Positions 21,840 through 33,290 of a DNA stretch of 64,000 bases are shown here, in pieces. This DNA is from Diplonema japonicum (lineage: Eukaryota > Protista > Euglenozoa: Diplonemea): assembly GCA_964019335.1 (NCBI GenBank), contig OZ025719.1, forward strand, positions 248,001 through 312,000, given 5' to 3'. The notes under the pieces are model-generated. The model did no database searches. It worked only from the letters and a program-made list of their open reading frames with translations, and was not told where the DNA came from. Position numbers and translations under genes: made by a program. Every line of letters begins with the position of its first letter. Positions within the stretch are counted from its first letter, which is position 1.

Positions 21840-24032
21840 ATGAATGAGAATGAAATAGAGCAATGGAGACCGAAGGTTGAGGAAGCAGGGGAAAGATGCA
21901 TAGTACAACTGCCTGAAGAGGTTGTAAACAGGATCGCAGCAGGTGAAGTAGTACAACGTCCTGCGAACGCGGTGAAGGAACTGGTCGAAAACTCACTAGA
22001 CGCAGGGGCGGACCGGATAGAGGTAACCGCAACAGGAGGCGGCCTCACCGTACTAAGAATAGAAGACAACGGCCACGGCATCAGAAGAGAAGACTTCCCG
22101 CTCCTATGCGTCCGGTTCGCAACTTCAAAACTAACAAAATTCGACGATCTGCAATCAATATCCACATACGGGTTCAGAGGAGAAGCCCTGGCATCCCTAT
22201 CAATGGTATGCAGAATAGAAGTCACAACAAGACGGAAAGACACAACGGATACGTTTTCCGCAAGATTCCGCGAAGGTGTTCTGAAAGACGATTCCCGCGT
22301 GCCTGCGGGAATGAACAACCAGGGGACCATCATCAAAGCCACTGACATGTTCTACTCCATGCCTCAAAGACGATCCATGTTCTCGAAGCCGAATGAAGAA
22401 TACCGGCTTCTCGTGGATGTTCTGTCGAAATATTCCATCCAGTACCCGAGATGCTCATTCTTGTGCAGAAAGGCCATGGGCGCCGCACCTGATCTGTCGG
22501 CCATGAAATCGTCTGACCGAACCAACGCAATACGACAGATTTACGGGAAGGACCTTGCCGATGCTTTGCTGCCCATAACCGTTCGATGTGATAAGCTGCA
22601 TTTTCGAGCGGAGTTGTACGTAAGCGGGCTGTCGTACTTCACCCCGAAAACCGAGCAGATCTTCTTTATCAACGGAAGGCTCGTCAACCATGAAGGATTG
22701 TCACGCATGATAAAGACTATTTACCAACCGCTTCTCCCGAGACAGGCACATCCTTTTGTGTTCGTTGAACTGAACGTGAAGCCCGAAGATGTCGATGTCA
22801 ACGCGCACCCCACCAAGGAAAAGGTCATCTTCCTCAACGAGGATGAGATCTTATCCGTGATTCAAAACGAGGTCACACCTGTCCTTCAACGATCCCTCGA
22901 AGTGTCTGGTTCGTTGCACCTCAAACGGAAGCTTTCCGATGCAGAGGGCTCCTTTGGAGTCTCCGCTGCACTTCCAAAAAGTACTAAAACATCTGAAAGT
23001 GGTACTTCCGCACTTTCATACGCCCATGAGATGGTAAGAACCGATCATCTTTTCGAGCAAGGCGCCATGGGGAAGTTTATGAACAAAACAGCATCATCAG
23101 CGGTGACGAAGACATGGTGGAACACCGACGCCGGGAGGCTAACCGTGGTACAGAACAGATTGGACTCCATTGTACGCTCGCATGATGAGGAGCTTCGTGA
23201 AGCGTTGTCGAAGTACGTCTTCGTCGGGTGGGTCAACACCCGCCACATTCTCGTTCAGCTCGATTTGGGTCTGTACATAGTTGATAGCTGTGTGGCGTCT
23301 TGTGAGTTGTTCTACCAGTTGTGTCTTGCTTCTATAGGTGATGTGACACGTCTTCGGCTTTCGTCGCCTCTCGGCGTGCGGACTTTATTGGAGTTGAGCC
23401 CTGGTGCGAGCTCCGGTCTTGTCTCATTTGCTCTTTCGTGTTTAATGGGGAACGCCCGCCTCCTTTCGTCGTACTTTGCTATCGACATCTCGTCTGATGG
23501 GGTGCTCGAGTCGCTTCCCAACATATTAGATGGGTACACCCCCCCGTATCATAGGTTGCCTTTGTTTTTGTTGAGGTTGGCTGTTGAGGTTGATTGGGGG
23601 ACCGAGGAAGGGTGCGTGTTAGGGGTGGCGGAGGAAATCGCGAATTTTTACATGTTGGACGATGGTGCGATAGTCGAGGAGGAAACAAAGGTTGAGGCTG
23701 AGGCGGTGAAAAATGATGAACAAAAGAAAGAAGAGGAACCTGTTGTGAAAAAACCCCGGGTTACACACATTGCCGTGCCGGACTTAGACTCCGATGGCAG
23801 CAGCGATGATGAAAAGGAACATGTCCCGTTGGCCATGCGTGAGAAAAAAGAGACGATCCGCGAGACGGAGACGGAGACGAGCAAGCCAAGTGGCGACCCG
23901 TCGTGGGTGGCGCAACACGTGCTGTACCCTGCCATGAAACGTTCCCTTCTACCCCCTTCAAACTGGAAAGGCACCGTTTTCAAAAGGGTCGCCGATTTAC
24001 CTACCATGTACAAGATCTTCGAGAGGTGTTGA
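21840..24032 (+). CDS. MLH1: DNA mismatch repair protein MLH1
   Basis: VVNRIAAGEVVQRPANAVKELVENSLDAG, TYGFRGEALASLS, DVNAHPTKEKV, and the invariant C-terminal KIFERC. Confidence 0.97.
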   Translation: MNENEIEQWRPKVEEAGERCIVQLPEEVVNRIAAGEVVQRPANAVKELVENSLDAGADRIEVTATGGGLTVLRIEDNGHGIRREDFPLLCVRFATSKLTKFDDLQSISTYGFRGEALASLSMVCRIEVTTRRKDTTDTFSARFREGVLKDDSRVPAGMNNQGTIIKATDMFYSMPQRRSMFSKPNEEYRLLVDVLSKYSIQYPRCSFLCRKAMGAAPDLSAMKSSDRTNAIRQIYGKDLADALLPITVRCDKLHFRAELYVSGLSYFTPKTEQIFFINGRLVNHEGLSRMIKTIYQPLLPRQAHPFVFVELNVKPEDVDVNAHPTKEKVIFLNEDEILSVIQNEVTPVLQRSLEVSGSLHLKRKLSDAEGSFGVSAALPKSTKTSESGTSALSYAHEMVRTDHLFEQGAMGKFMNKTASSAVTKTWWNTDAGRLTVVQNRLDSIVRSHDEELREALSKYVFVGWVNTRHILVQLDLGLYIVDSCVASCELFYQLCLASIGDVTRLRLSSPLGVRTLLELSPGASSGLVSFALSCLMGNARLLSSYFAIDISSDGVLESLPNILDGYTPPYHRLPLFLLRLAVEVDWGTEEGCVLGVAEEIANFYMLDDGAIVEEETKVEAEAVKNDEQKKEEEPVVKKPRVTHIAVPDLDSDGSSDDEKEHVPLAMREKKETIRETETETSKPSGDPSWVAQHVLYPAMKRSLLPPSNWKGTVFKRVADLPTMYKIFERC

Positions 24033-24079
24033 TTTTTAGATTTTTTTTTCTCCCCCTCCGTTGCGCACAAACAAAGTTT

Positions 24080-24823
24080 ATAGCTATTTACTGCCAACAA
24101 GTAATGACTTTACCGTTACCTCGAGGTTCCGCATTTTACCGTCGAGGGCCCGCAGGGCCCGAGATGGTAAAATGCGGAACCGAGAGGTCGGTAAAGCATT
24201 ACTTGGCGGTAGGTAAGTGGTTTTATTTCACGACACTCTGAAATTACTTCACCACGAGGGGCACAACAGGGTGACAAGGGGTACAACAAGAGAGGGGTTA
24301 CAAAGGTTACAATACAAGTTGTTTTTCCTCCTTTTGTTGACTAAGAGCTGCCGCTGTCGCTGGCATTGCCACTGTCACCATCTCTAATCAGGCCTTCCCA
24401 TACCTGGCGCGGCCGCTGGCTCCTTTTTTTCTGCTGCTTCGGTATTTTGAAGTCTTTTGGGGTGCTTGGGTAAGCTGACTAAGTTACCCTTACCCACAGA
24501 AGAGTTACCCACAGAAACTGGGAACAAGGCCTAGCCAAAAGTGGGCAAATTGGGAGGAAAAAGTAGTCCAACTTGGAACTGAGCCGAGGCAAAAGTTGGC
24601 CAATTGAGCTGAACCTGGGGGGAAATAGCAAACTGAGAGGAAAAAGTAGCCCCACTGGGAACCGAACCGAGGCAAAAATTGGCCTACCGAGGCATATTAT
24701 TTAACGGAAACCCCCAATTACTTCACGGAAAACAGGCCATTATTTCACCGTGAAGTAATGAGATTTAGCGTGAAGTAATGGGCCCCCCAGTGCGTGAAGT
24801 AATTTCTGAAGAGTGAAATAAAA
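24080..24823. mobile_element. 744-bp non-coding hairpin-ended element, family A copy 2 (flop)
   Basis: Colinear with 12023-12766 at offset 12057. Visible differences are 1 SNP, a TC/GA dinucleotide in the stem, and the inverted 25-nt tip (24141-24165). Confidence 0.9.
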
Positions 24824-24886
24824 TTTATTATCTCATTGGTATTTCTTTTTTTTTTCTGACTATTATTCTTTTTTAAAAAAAAAGAA

Positions 24887-25249
24887 ATGAAACTCGTTCT
24901 TGGTACGTCGTCGAAATGGAGGAAGGCCATCCTCGAAAAGGAGCTGCCGGGGTTGGTGTGGAAACAGATTTCACCGGATATAGACGAGAAGGCGGTGAGA
25001 GATGAAGATGCGGTGCAGTTGTGCTTGAAAGTGGCGGAAGCGAAGGCTGATAAGCTTGAGAAAAAGATGATAGAGTGGTGCAAGGAAGAAGGAGACGAGC
25101 TGGTCCTGCTTACAGCAGACCAAGTAGTACGACATGGCAGCGAGATCAGAGAAAAGCCTGAGTCGGAGGAGGAAAACTACAGGTACCTCCGTTCTTACAC
25201 ACCAGAGAGTCCTTTGGAGACCTGCTCTGCCCTTGTCCTCACCCACTTC
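24887..25249 (+). CDS. Maf family nucleoside triphosphate pyrophosphatase (5' part; runs into the assembly gap)
   Basis: LVLGTSSKWRK.IL, PDIDEK, AEAKA and LTADQVV...IREKP Maf motifs. Confidence 0.88.
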
Positions 25250-25449
25250 NNNNNNNNNNNNNNNNNNNNNNNNNNNNNNNNNNNNNNNNNNNNNNNNNNN
25301 NNNNNNNNNNNNNNNNNNNNNNNNNNNNNNNNNNNNNNNNNNNNNNNNNNNNNNNNNNNNNNNNNNNNNNNNNNNNNNNNNNNNNNNNNNNNNNNNNNNN
25401 NNNNNNNNNNNNNNNNNNNNNNNNNNNNNNNNNNNNNNNNNNNNNNNNN
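25250..25449. other. Assembly gap (200 N)
   Basis: Run of n. The true size is unknown and probably larger, since it must hold the Maf 3' end. Confidence 1.
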
Positions 25450-25493
25450 GATACGCGGTTGAGCCGCCGCTTGCTATGTGTTCCGAGCTTTAA

Positions 25494-27264
25494 AGTGATC
25501 GATGGGCATCAGGTCCAGGTGGTGCCGAACAGACTGTCTATTGCGGTGGAGAACTGCGAGGTGCGGGGGGTGGGCGGGGAGGCGTTGCCATTTGGAGATT
25601 AGAGACAAAAGGGCTCGAAAGCGGCGAAGAAGTGGTGATGGTGAAGGGAAGAGACATCATGCGGCCACGCGACCAGACCATGCTGCTAGGCCTGTTCGAG
25701 TCGATCCATGAAATGGTACAGGACGGCGCGGTTCTCGACGAAAGCGCAGAAGTGCCCATGGAGACGGGAAGGGCCACGCGGAAGCAAAACCTCATGAAAG
25801 ACGTCGGCCCGGAAGGGTTCGACCACCTCCACACCAACGAGCTGCTCCCCGAAGCCACCGAATCCGAAATCTCGCTATGGCTGACCTTCTACGCGCACCC
25901 TTCGCTCCCAGCGACAAGGTTCCTCCTCCTCGTCTCCCCGAACCTTCGGTCCCTGTCAACAACCTTCAAGACCCCTCTCCGCCTTACCAACCTGATGTTC
26001 AAACATAACAGCTGGAATTTTCTCCCGCCAGCTGCTTACAGAGAAACACCTGTACCATCCGAAGCCGATGTCAGTGAAAGCGTTTTGAAACATGAAAGTG
26101 TTGTTGCGATTCCGGGGCTCAGCGTGACGATGGTGAGCGGGGTGTGCGAGGTGATCATACCGGACAATGCGAACACGACGCTGATCTTGAAGGAAGTGGA
26201 AGCCAGCAGCGGCGAAGTAGTACTTGTGGCGTCGCGACACGAGCAAGGTGTCGACGGCTTCTGCTGTTGGGACCCTGCCAACAAGATGGACTCCTTAGTG
26301 ATCTCGACAAGGGGGGACACAGTCAACTGGAACGACACCTCAACTGACACCTCTGCCTGCCGCATCGGAGGCACCTTCGTGAAGCTGACATCGAAGCAAG
26401 GCGCGGACCAAACCACGCTTGAGGACGGGTACTGCATCCCCGTTGCGACCGACACCATCTCTTCTGTATTGTCCGGCAACTCTGTTGAGACACCCAACCT
26501 CAAGGTCCGATTTGTGAAGGGTTTGATCGTGTCTACCCCTGCGCTGCCTGGTGTTGAGGTGTCTGACGAGGATGCCAACCTCCCTCTTGATGACTGGCTT
26601 TCGTATATTAAGAACGCAGTCGGATCGAAACAACGGGAAAAGGAGGTGCAACAAACTGCCCGTCAAGACACCCGCAGGCAGAATCTTAGTAGGGAGCCTC
26701 CTGAAATGAAGCATTTCAAAACCGAAGTGAAGCCGATTATAGAGGAGAAGAAAGAGGAGGTGGAGGAGAACAAGCCGCAGGAAAGCCCTGCTGAGGAGCG
26801 CACAACCGTGGAGCCGAGAATGGTGAAGGCAGACTTTGGGGAGTATTCCACAGACGAGCGAGCTCAGGTGAATTTAAAAAAAAAAAAAAAAAAAAAAAGA
26901 AACTTTTATGTATTTTTTTTTTTATTATTTTACAGACCGAAGAATGGGAAAAATACGTCATTCGTGTTGCCACGGTCCTGTCGGCTGTGTTCAGCCACTG
27001 TGGACGAAGATCAAGGCCTACAAAAGGAAAGGACGAGCCGGGTTCTGTTTTGGTTGAACTTCGCGTCGCGGACGACGGGAGTATGGCGATCCACGCAGAG
27101 GTGGACACTTTAGTTTGCAGTATGGAACTGATCCCTGAGGTATTTTTTTTTTTTTGAAAATAATAATAATGAAACAGGGTATTGAAATCCTCACCAAGAG
27201 GCTGAACAAACACTGCGGGCAGCCACCGCACAACCTTCCGCTTAAGATTTGGTTCTCATTGTAA
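25494..27264 (+). CDS. Hypothetical protein, possibly SARA/endofin C-terminal (DUF3480)-like; start uncertain; introns 26868-26935 and 27140-27177
   Basis: Frame is open from 25494. Two phase-0 GT-AG introns restore the frame to TAA at 27262-64. The family resemblance is by-eye only. Confidence 0.6.
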
Positions 27265-27466
27265 AAGACATCCTTTTATTTGTTTTTTCTTTTTGCAAGA
27301 ACGAGTCTTTGACTTGTCTAAACAAAAGGAGAACGTTGACAACGTGTTTTGGGTTGACAATCTTCACCAGGTTTTACCCGACACGTACAAATAAAAAAGA
27401 TAACGGCACTAGACTGGGATCTGGTCCAATACAAAAACCGGCACGTACAAGCAACGGCCAGTTCCT

Positions 27467-27524
<58 letters not shown>

Positions 27525-27695
27525 ATTTTATTTTGTTTTCTCGGTAACCCATCAAGGAAGAAGAAGGAGGGGAAAAAAAAAAGAAACGAAACTTTCACCC
27601 AAATTTCTTTCTTTTTTTTTTTTTTTTTTTAACATTTGTTTCATGTGTTGCTTTATTTAAAAAGAAAAAAAAAAAAAAGGAAAACAAAAAAAAAG

Positions 27696-29312
27696 ATGTT
27701 TAGAAGATTACTTCCGCTTCTGCATTCCACTGGTGCGAGCAACAGTATCACCGTGAGATTGAAGGTGTGGTTTAAAAAAATCCAAAAAAGAAAATCCAAT
27801 TGCCCAGCTCGATGATTCGCCAGGGACTCTGTCGCGTGTCTTAAGTGTTGTAGGGGATGTGGGAGGCAACATTGGCGCCATTGACATCGTACGCCACGAG
27901 TCCGGTACCCTTGTGAGGGACGTATCCATTGATACACGGAGCGTTAGCCATCAACACGAGATTCTCAGGTTTTTAATTTATAAAAAAAAAAAAAAAAAAA
28001 CCCAACCCCAGTATGCTCCACGGAATCGACGGGGTGAACGTGCAACAATGGAGCGATAGAACCTTCCTGATGCACTTGGGAGGCAAGATCAGCACAGGGA
28101 TTAAGTACGGACATTTTAAAAATAAATAAAAAAAAACTTTTTCTTTTTTTTATAGATTCCCCTTGAGAACCCGAGACGACCTCTCCATGGCGTACACCCC
28201 AGGCGTCGCCAGGGTCTGCATGGCCATTCATGAAAACCCCGAAAAGGCACGAAACCTAACCATTAAAAAGAACACGGTAGCGGTGGTAAGCGACGGAACG
28301 GCTGTTCTTGGTCTTGGCGACATCGGTCCGGAAGCAGCGATGCCGGTTATGGAAGGCAAGGCCATGCTGTTCAAGGAATTCGGCGGGGTGGACGCATTCC
28401 CAATCTGTGTGAACGAGAAGGACCCCGAGGAGATCATCAAGATCGTCAAGGCCCTGGCCCCGACCTTCGGAGGGATCAACTTAGAGGACATCTCAGCCCC
28501 CCGCTGCTTCGAAATCGAAAAACGCCTCCAAGAGGAGCTCGACATCCCTGTTTTCCACGATGACCAACACGGCACAGCAGTCGTCCTAACCGCAGCACTA
28601 ATCAACTCCTTAAAGCTCATAGAGAAGAACCCCGGTGAGCTCAAAGCAGTTGTCCTAGGTGTCGGCGCTGCAGGTACCGCCTGTACAAACATGATGCTCG
28701 CTCTTGGTATTAAAAACATCATTGGTGTCGATAGACAAGGTGTTCTGCACAGGGACAGAACGGACCTTGGATGCGATGAAAAAATGGAGTACGCGAAAAG
28801 GACCAATCCCAACGGTGAAACGGGGACCTTACAGGATGTCATTAAAGGTGCGGATTTGTTCGTTGGTGTGTCCGGGCCAAAGACCCTTACACAGGAAGAC
28901 GTCAGGTCCATGGCTCCCAACCCAATGGTTTTTGCTATGTCGAACCCTGAGCCGGAGATTATGCCGCTTGATGCTGTTGAGGCTGGTGCTTCAATCGTTG
29001 CAACAGGGAGATCAGACTTCCCCAATCAGGTTAACAATGTGCTTTGCTTCCCTGGGATCTTCAGGGGTGCGCTCGATGTTTCTGCCCTGCACATTAATGA
29101 GGCAATGAAAATGGCAGCTGCGCGTGCCATTGCCGACTCCATCCCTGACGAGGCGCTGGGGCCCGACTACATTATCCCCTCCATCTTCGACAGGTCCGTC
29201 TCGAAGAATGTTGCGAAGGCTGTTGCTCAGGCTGCTCGCGACACAGGTGTCGCACGTGTAACTGGCGAGTACTCTATCAGCCCTCGTGGTTCTATGCGAG
29301 AGATTAAGTACT

Positions 29313-29314
<2 letters not shown>
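27696..29314 (+). CDS. ACT-domain NAD(P)-dependent malic enzyme (bacterial type) with short mitochondrial presequence; introns 27765-27807, 27969-28011, 28105-28155
   Basis: Spliced: MFRRLLPLL..SITVRLKLDDSPGTL..GGNIGAIDIV..SDRTFLMHLGGKI..DLSMAYTPGVA, VMEGKAMLFK, INLEDI, FHDDQHGTA, TGRSDFPNQVNNVLCFPG. Confidence 0.93.
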
Positions 29315-29350
<36 letters not shown>

Positions 29351-29501
29351 AAGAGGGGGCGCGAGCTTTTTTTTTTAAATGGGGGGGGAAAATGTAATAA
29401 AAAGAAAAAAGAATGTGTCGATGCTGCCCTCTCCTTTTGTTTTTGCTAACGTTCTAGGGGTGTGCGAAAGGTTTTATAGAAAAAAAGGGGGGAAAGGGGG
29501 G

Positions 29502-29546
<45 letters not shown>

Positions 29547-29874
29547 GATAAGAAAAAAAAAGAGAAAAAAAAAAAAAGAAACCAGCCACGTTTCCTTCTT
29601 TCTTTTTTTAAGGGGGTCTCTTTTTTCCCCCCCCTCCAATGGCAAATATTTTTTTTTTTCTGAAATTTTTATTTTTTTGTTTCTTCCTGGCTTTTATTTA
29701 TTATATTTCCTTTTGAATTTGGGCTCTCTCGTGTTTTTTTTTCTTCTTTCCCCTTCACTTCTCACTTTTTCTTTTTTTTTTTTCTTCTCAAAAAAACAAA
29801 TGAGGGTGCACAAAGAACCCCCTTTTTTTGTTTACATTCTTCTTTTACAGAACGTTAAACTAAAAGGACACACC

Positions 29875-29906
<32 letters not shown>

Positions 29907-30099
29907 GGAGAAAAAAGAAAAGTCAGGAATAAATAGCATTGGGCTTTTGAGAGGACACAATACCCCCTCCCCCTTCTCCTGATACCTAGAAAATTATAGA
30001 AGAAGAAGAAGAATGAAGAATTTGAGACAGAGGTACAGATGGAATTTTTTTTTTTTTTTTTTTTATATATAAAAGAAGAAAAAAAAAACGAGAGTTTAC

Positions 30100-30132
<33 letters not shown>

Positions 30133-30198
30133 CGATAAGGATGGTTTTTTTTTCACGCAGTTTTTTTTTTATTTACTCCCTTCCCCTTCCCCCCATCC

Positions 30199-30240
<42 letters not shown>

Positions 30241-30376
30241 ATTGCCAAACCATATATTAGCAATTCTTTTTCCTTTTTTTTTTTTTCCTTTTTATATTTG
30301 AGTGTCTCCCCCCACTTCCCTAGTATTACACACCCCACAGAAGTCCTTTAAAAAAGAAAAAAGAAAAAGAAAAAAA

Positions 30377-32122
30377 ATGACAGAACAGGAAAAAGACACG
30401 GTGATGGCAGAGGAGGAAGAGGAAGACGATCCGATAGTTGCAGAGTATGATGTGTACATTGCAAACAGATTGGTGGAGAATTTGCATTTGTTTCAATTCC
30501 CAATGCGCCCGCCGAACAGGACGTACAATTTCGAGAAGATGCAGAGCATGAGGATGCAGCTCAGAAGCAAAAGGTTTGAGCTCGCCTTCAACACCCACGG
30601 CACGTCCATGAACAGCATCTTTGAAACGCAACCTGAAGACGCAAAAGAAGAAAACATACCGTACCACCTATCATCCTCCCGTGTTAGAAACAAAACAAAC
30701 TATGCTGTCGGGGTCGTTAGGGGTAACATGCTTCACATGACAGGTCTTGCAAACATCCATCAGTTCCGACCTGACACAGAAGCCAACATGAAAAGCAACA
30801 AAACTGCAGTTGAAACGCAAACCGAGGACAAAGAGGAAAAGCTAACATCTCAACAGCAAGCGAAACAAGATCAAATGCAAAAACAATACGAAGGCCGTCT
30901 TCGTTCCGTGTGGCTGGCCGAACAAGAACAGGATTCCTGGGTGGACATGGGGTTATCCTCCGCTTCCAACCCCGAGTCCAAAAAGGGTATACTCGAACGA
31001 ATGTTTGCAGGAAACGAGAAAGTTGAAATGAACCCGCGTCACACATCCAACCTATACCTTAACATGTTGTTTAAACGCCCTGCCGACGCATCCCTCAAGG
31101 AGGGCAAAGCGAAGATCCCTCTTGCAATGGCGTCCGAATTCGACTGGAAACGCCAGGTCGAATCCATGATGCTCTCCGCTAAAATTATGAAATTCGACCG
31201 TATTAAATCCCTCTTGACCCCTCAAAAGGCCAAGGACACCGTCAAGGACCTACCGTCCGACGCTGAGCTTCTGAAATTCCTCGACACATGCTGTATCAGT
31301 ATACGAGGCCTGTTCATTGTCAAATCAACTCCGGAATGCTCGTCCGCGGTGCTTTCAAAAGCGAGAGAATGGATTCTGCTTCACTTCTGGCGCACGGAAC
31401 AGGTTAAACGAAGCGACATCACAGGCCCTGAGTTCAAACTTCCTGTTGACGTGCATGTTATGAAGACTATTATGTCGGACTTCGCGGAGTTAAAGAAACC
31501 GCGGGTTGACGATGATTACTCAAAACGGCGGTGGGTCCTCAAGCACGGGAACAAGGACCTTGATATCCTTCAACTATACCCCCAAGAGGCGAAGGGTTCT
31601 GACTCGAGGTGGGAGCGGGAACGGGTCAAACGAATCACGAAGAATGTAGATCCCGATAACACACCAGAACCCCTTGCGTTTAGCTGGACCCCCGAGCGGT
31701 TAACGCAAGCAGGCCGTGCTGCCCCGAGGGTAACCGAGGTACAAGTCGAATCTTGGATCTCACGAGAGTTCGCGTCGAAAGGAGTTTGGAACCAAGCTGT
31801 TTTAGTCGCAAAGTTCCGTGACGCCCTGCGAAAAAGCTCCAGCACCATCCCCGACGAGCTCTTCCTGAAGGTTCTCCGGCAAGTTACCATTCCTTTCAAC
31901 GATGCGCTCATTTTAAAGAAGATCTCGAATAAAGAAGAGTTGGAAATCGACCAGTTCCGACCCCGTTACATTAAAGCCTTCCAGGACAAGTCCATCTGGA
32001 AGAAGAAGGAGTTGGAGGCGCACATCGGCGACGTCCCCAAGCACCACGCGCAGAAGATCCTCGACGAGTTGTCCACTGTCAACGGGCAGATGGTCGCTGC
32101 CAAGGCAGGGAGCTTAAACTGA
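30377..32122 (+). CDS. POLR3E: RNA polymerase III subunit RPC5 (Sin-like)
   Basis: N-terminal EDDPIVAEYDVYI..LHLFQFPMRP and NYAVGVVRGNMLHMT..IHQFRP motifs. Confidence 0.82.
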   Translation: MTEQEKDTVMAEEEEEDDPIVAEYDVYIANRLVENLHLFQFPMRPPNRTYNFEKMQSMRMQLRSKRFELAFNTHGTSMNSIFETQPEDAKEENIPYHLSSSRVRNKTNYAVGVVRGNMLHMTGLANIHQFRPDTEANMKSNKTAVETQTEDKEEKLTSQQQAKQDQMQKQYEGRLRSVWLAEQEQDSWVDMGLSSASNPESKKGILERMFAGNEKVEMNPRHTSNLYLNMLFKRPADASLKEGKAKIPLAMASEFDWKRQVESMMLSAKIMKFDRIKSLLTPQKAKDTVKDLPSDAELLKFLDTCCISIRGLFIVKSTPECSSAVLSKAREWILLHFWRTEQVKRSDITGPEFKLPVDVHVMKTIMSDFAELKKPRVDDDYSKRRWVLKHGNKDLDILQLYPQEAKGSDSRWERERVKRITKNVDPDNTPEPLAFSWTPERLTQAGRAAPRVTEVQVESWISREFASKGVWNQAVLVAKFRDALRKSSSTIPDELFLKVLRQVTIPFNDALILKKISNKEELEIDQFRPRYIKAFQDKSIWKKKELEAHIGDVPKHHAQKILDELSTVNGQMVAAKAGSLN

Positions 32123-32183
32123 AGAAAAACCCAGCGCGTTGCGACTGCGCTTCATCTATCCCCTCAATGAGATCCGAGCTGGT

Positions 32184-32223
<40 letters not shown>

Positions 32224-33290
32224 CAATGAAAGATCAGCAGTGTTTCCCCCCATTTCTATTTTTTTTTTGTCTTTCAATTCCAGTAAAGGGCGTTGCGTAT
32301 TTTGCGAATAGCTGCCTTGCCAAGTTGATTTTGCAGTCTTTGAAGCTTTCATTTGAGTCCGGATGGGCTCATCGCACCGTTCCGATTGTGCACACCCTTA
32401 CTCAAAAAATCGCGGAAGAGCTGGTAATTAATAATGAATAAAAACCTATCTATCAAGGCACGGTACCATGCCCTTCGGGGGAGAAAAAAAAAGAGAGAAA
32501 AAAAAAAAAAAAAAAAAAACAAAACGCAATAATACACAAGATGGTATTACGGGTAGACGGACTGGAAGTGGATATAGAGACAGAGGCAGGGGTACTGCAT
32601 GAGCACGCTGCGTCTTGTACTAAGAAAAGGAGTTTATAACAATCGTTGGGAAAAAGAAGGATGCGTCCTACGACAGTGCAGATATCTTGCCAACAAGTTC
32701 GCCCAACGTAAGGGCCACCCTGCCAGAAAAAACAAGTTCATGTTCCACTAGTTCGCTGAGAGGTGCTATTGTGCCCCGACGCCTCCTTTATCGTAGCTAA
32801 GGAAGTTGTTAGGTCTCTTGGTATTGGTAGTCTACTAAAAAGATGGCACCCGCTATTAGTGGTCCTTTATCGTCGCCCTGCTAGGGGAAGCAGATGTGCC
32901 CCATGCAGTGAGGCAGGTGAACAGAGGAACTGATAGAGGGAGGACATCCTTTTCCGGAATGGAAATCCGTCCACGAACAATTTGTGGAAAAGCCTCCAGA
33001 CGAGAAAGCCGGAGGAAGAAGTTGGACGGCCCGAAGGTGGAAACGCCAGACTTGGCGTGTGACTACCGATGCAAGCCGACAACGGAAGTTAGCAACCGCA
33101 GAACGGTGACCGATTCGTGCGAATTTCTTGTTTCTTCTATTTGAACAGTGAGCACTCCCTTGCTCCCTTGCACTGAAGCTTCGTCAGGCTTTTTTAAAAG
33201 TCTGACTTCTCCCCCTCCTTTTTTTTGATAACTACAAATAACAATGTTTCTGTTCAAACAAAAAAGAAAAGAAAAGGGGAAAAAAAAAGA

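Noticed and set aside
25450-25493. Post-gap YAVEPPLAMCSEL as the Maf C-terminus
   Set aside because: Gap size is unknown and the conserved Maf VxGLP end is missing, so it cannot be joined.
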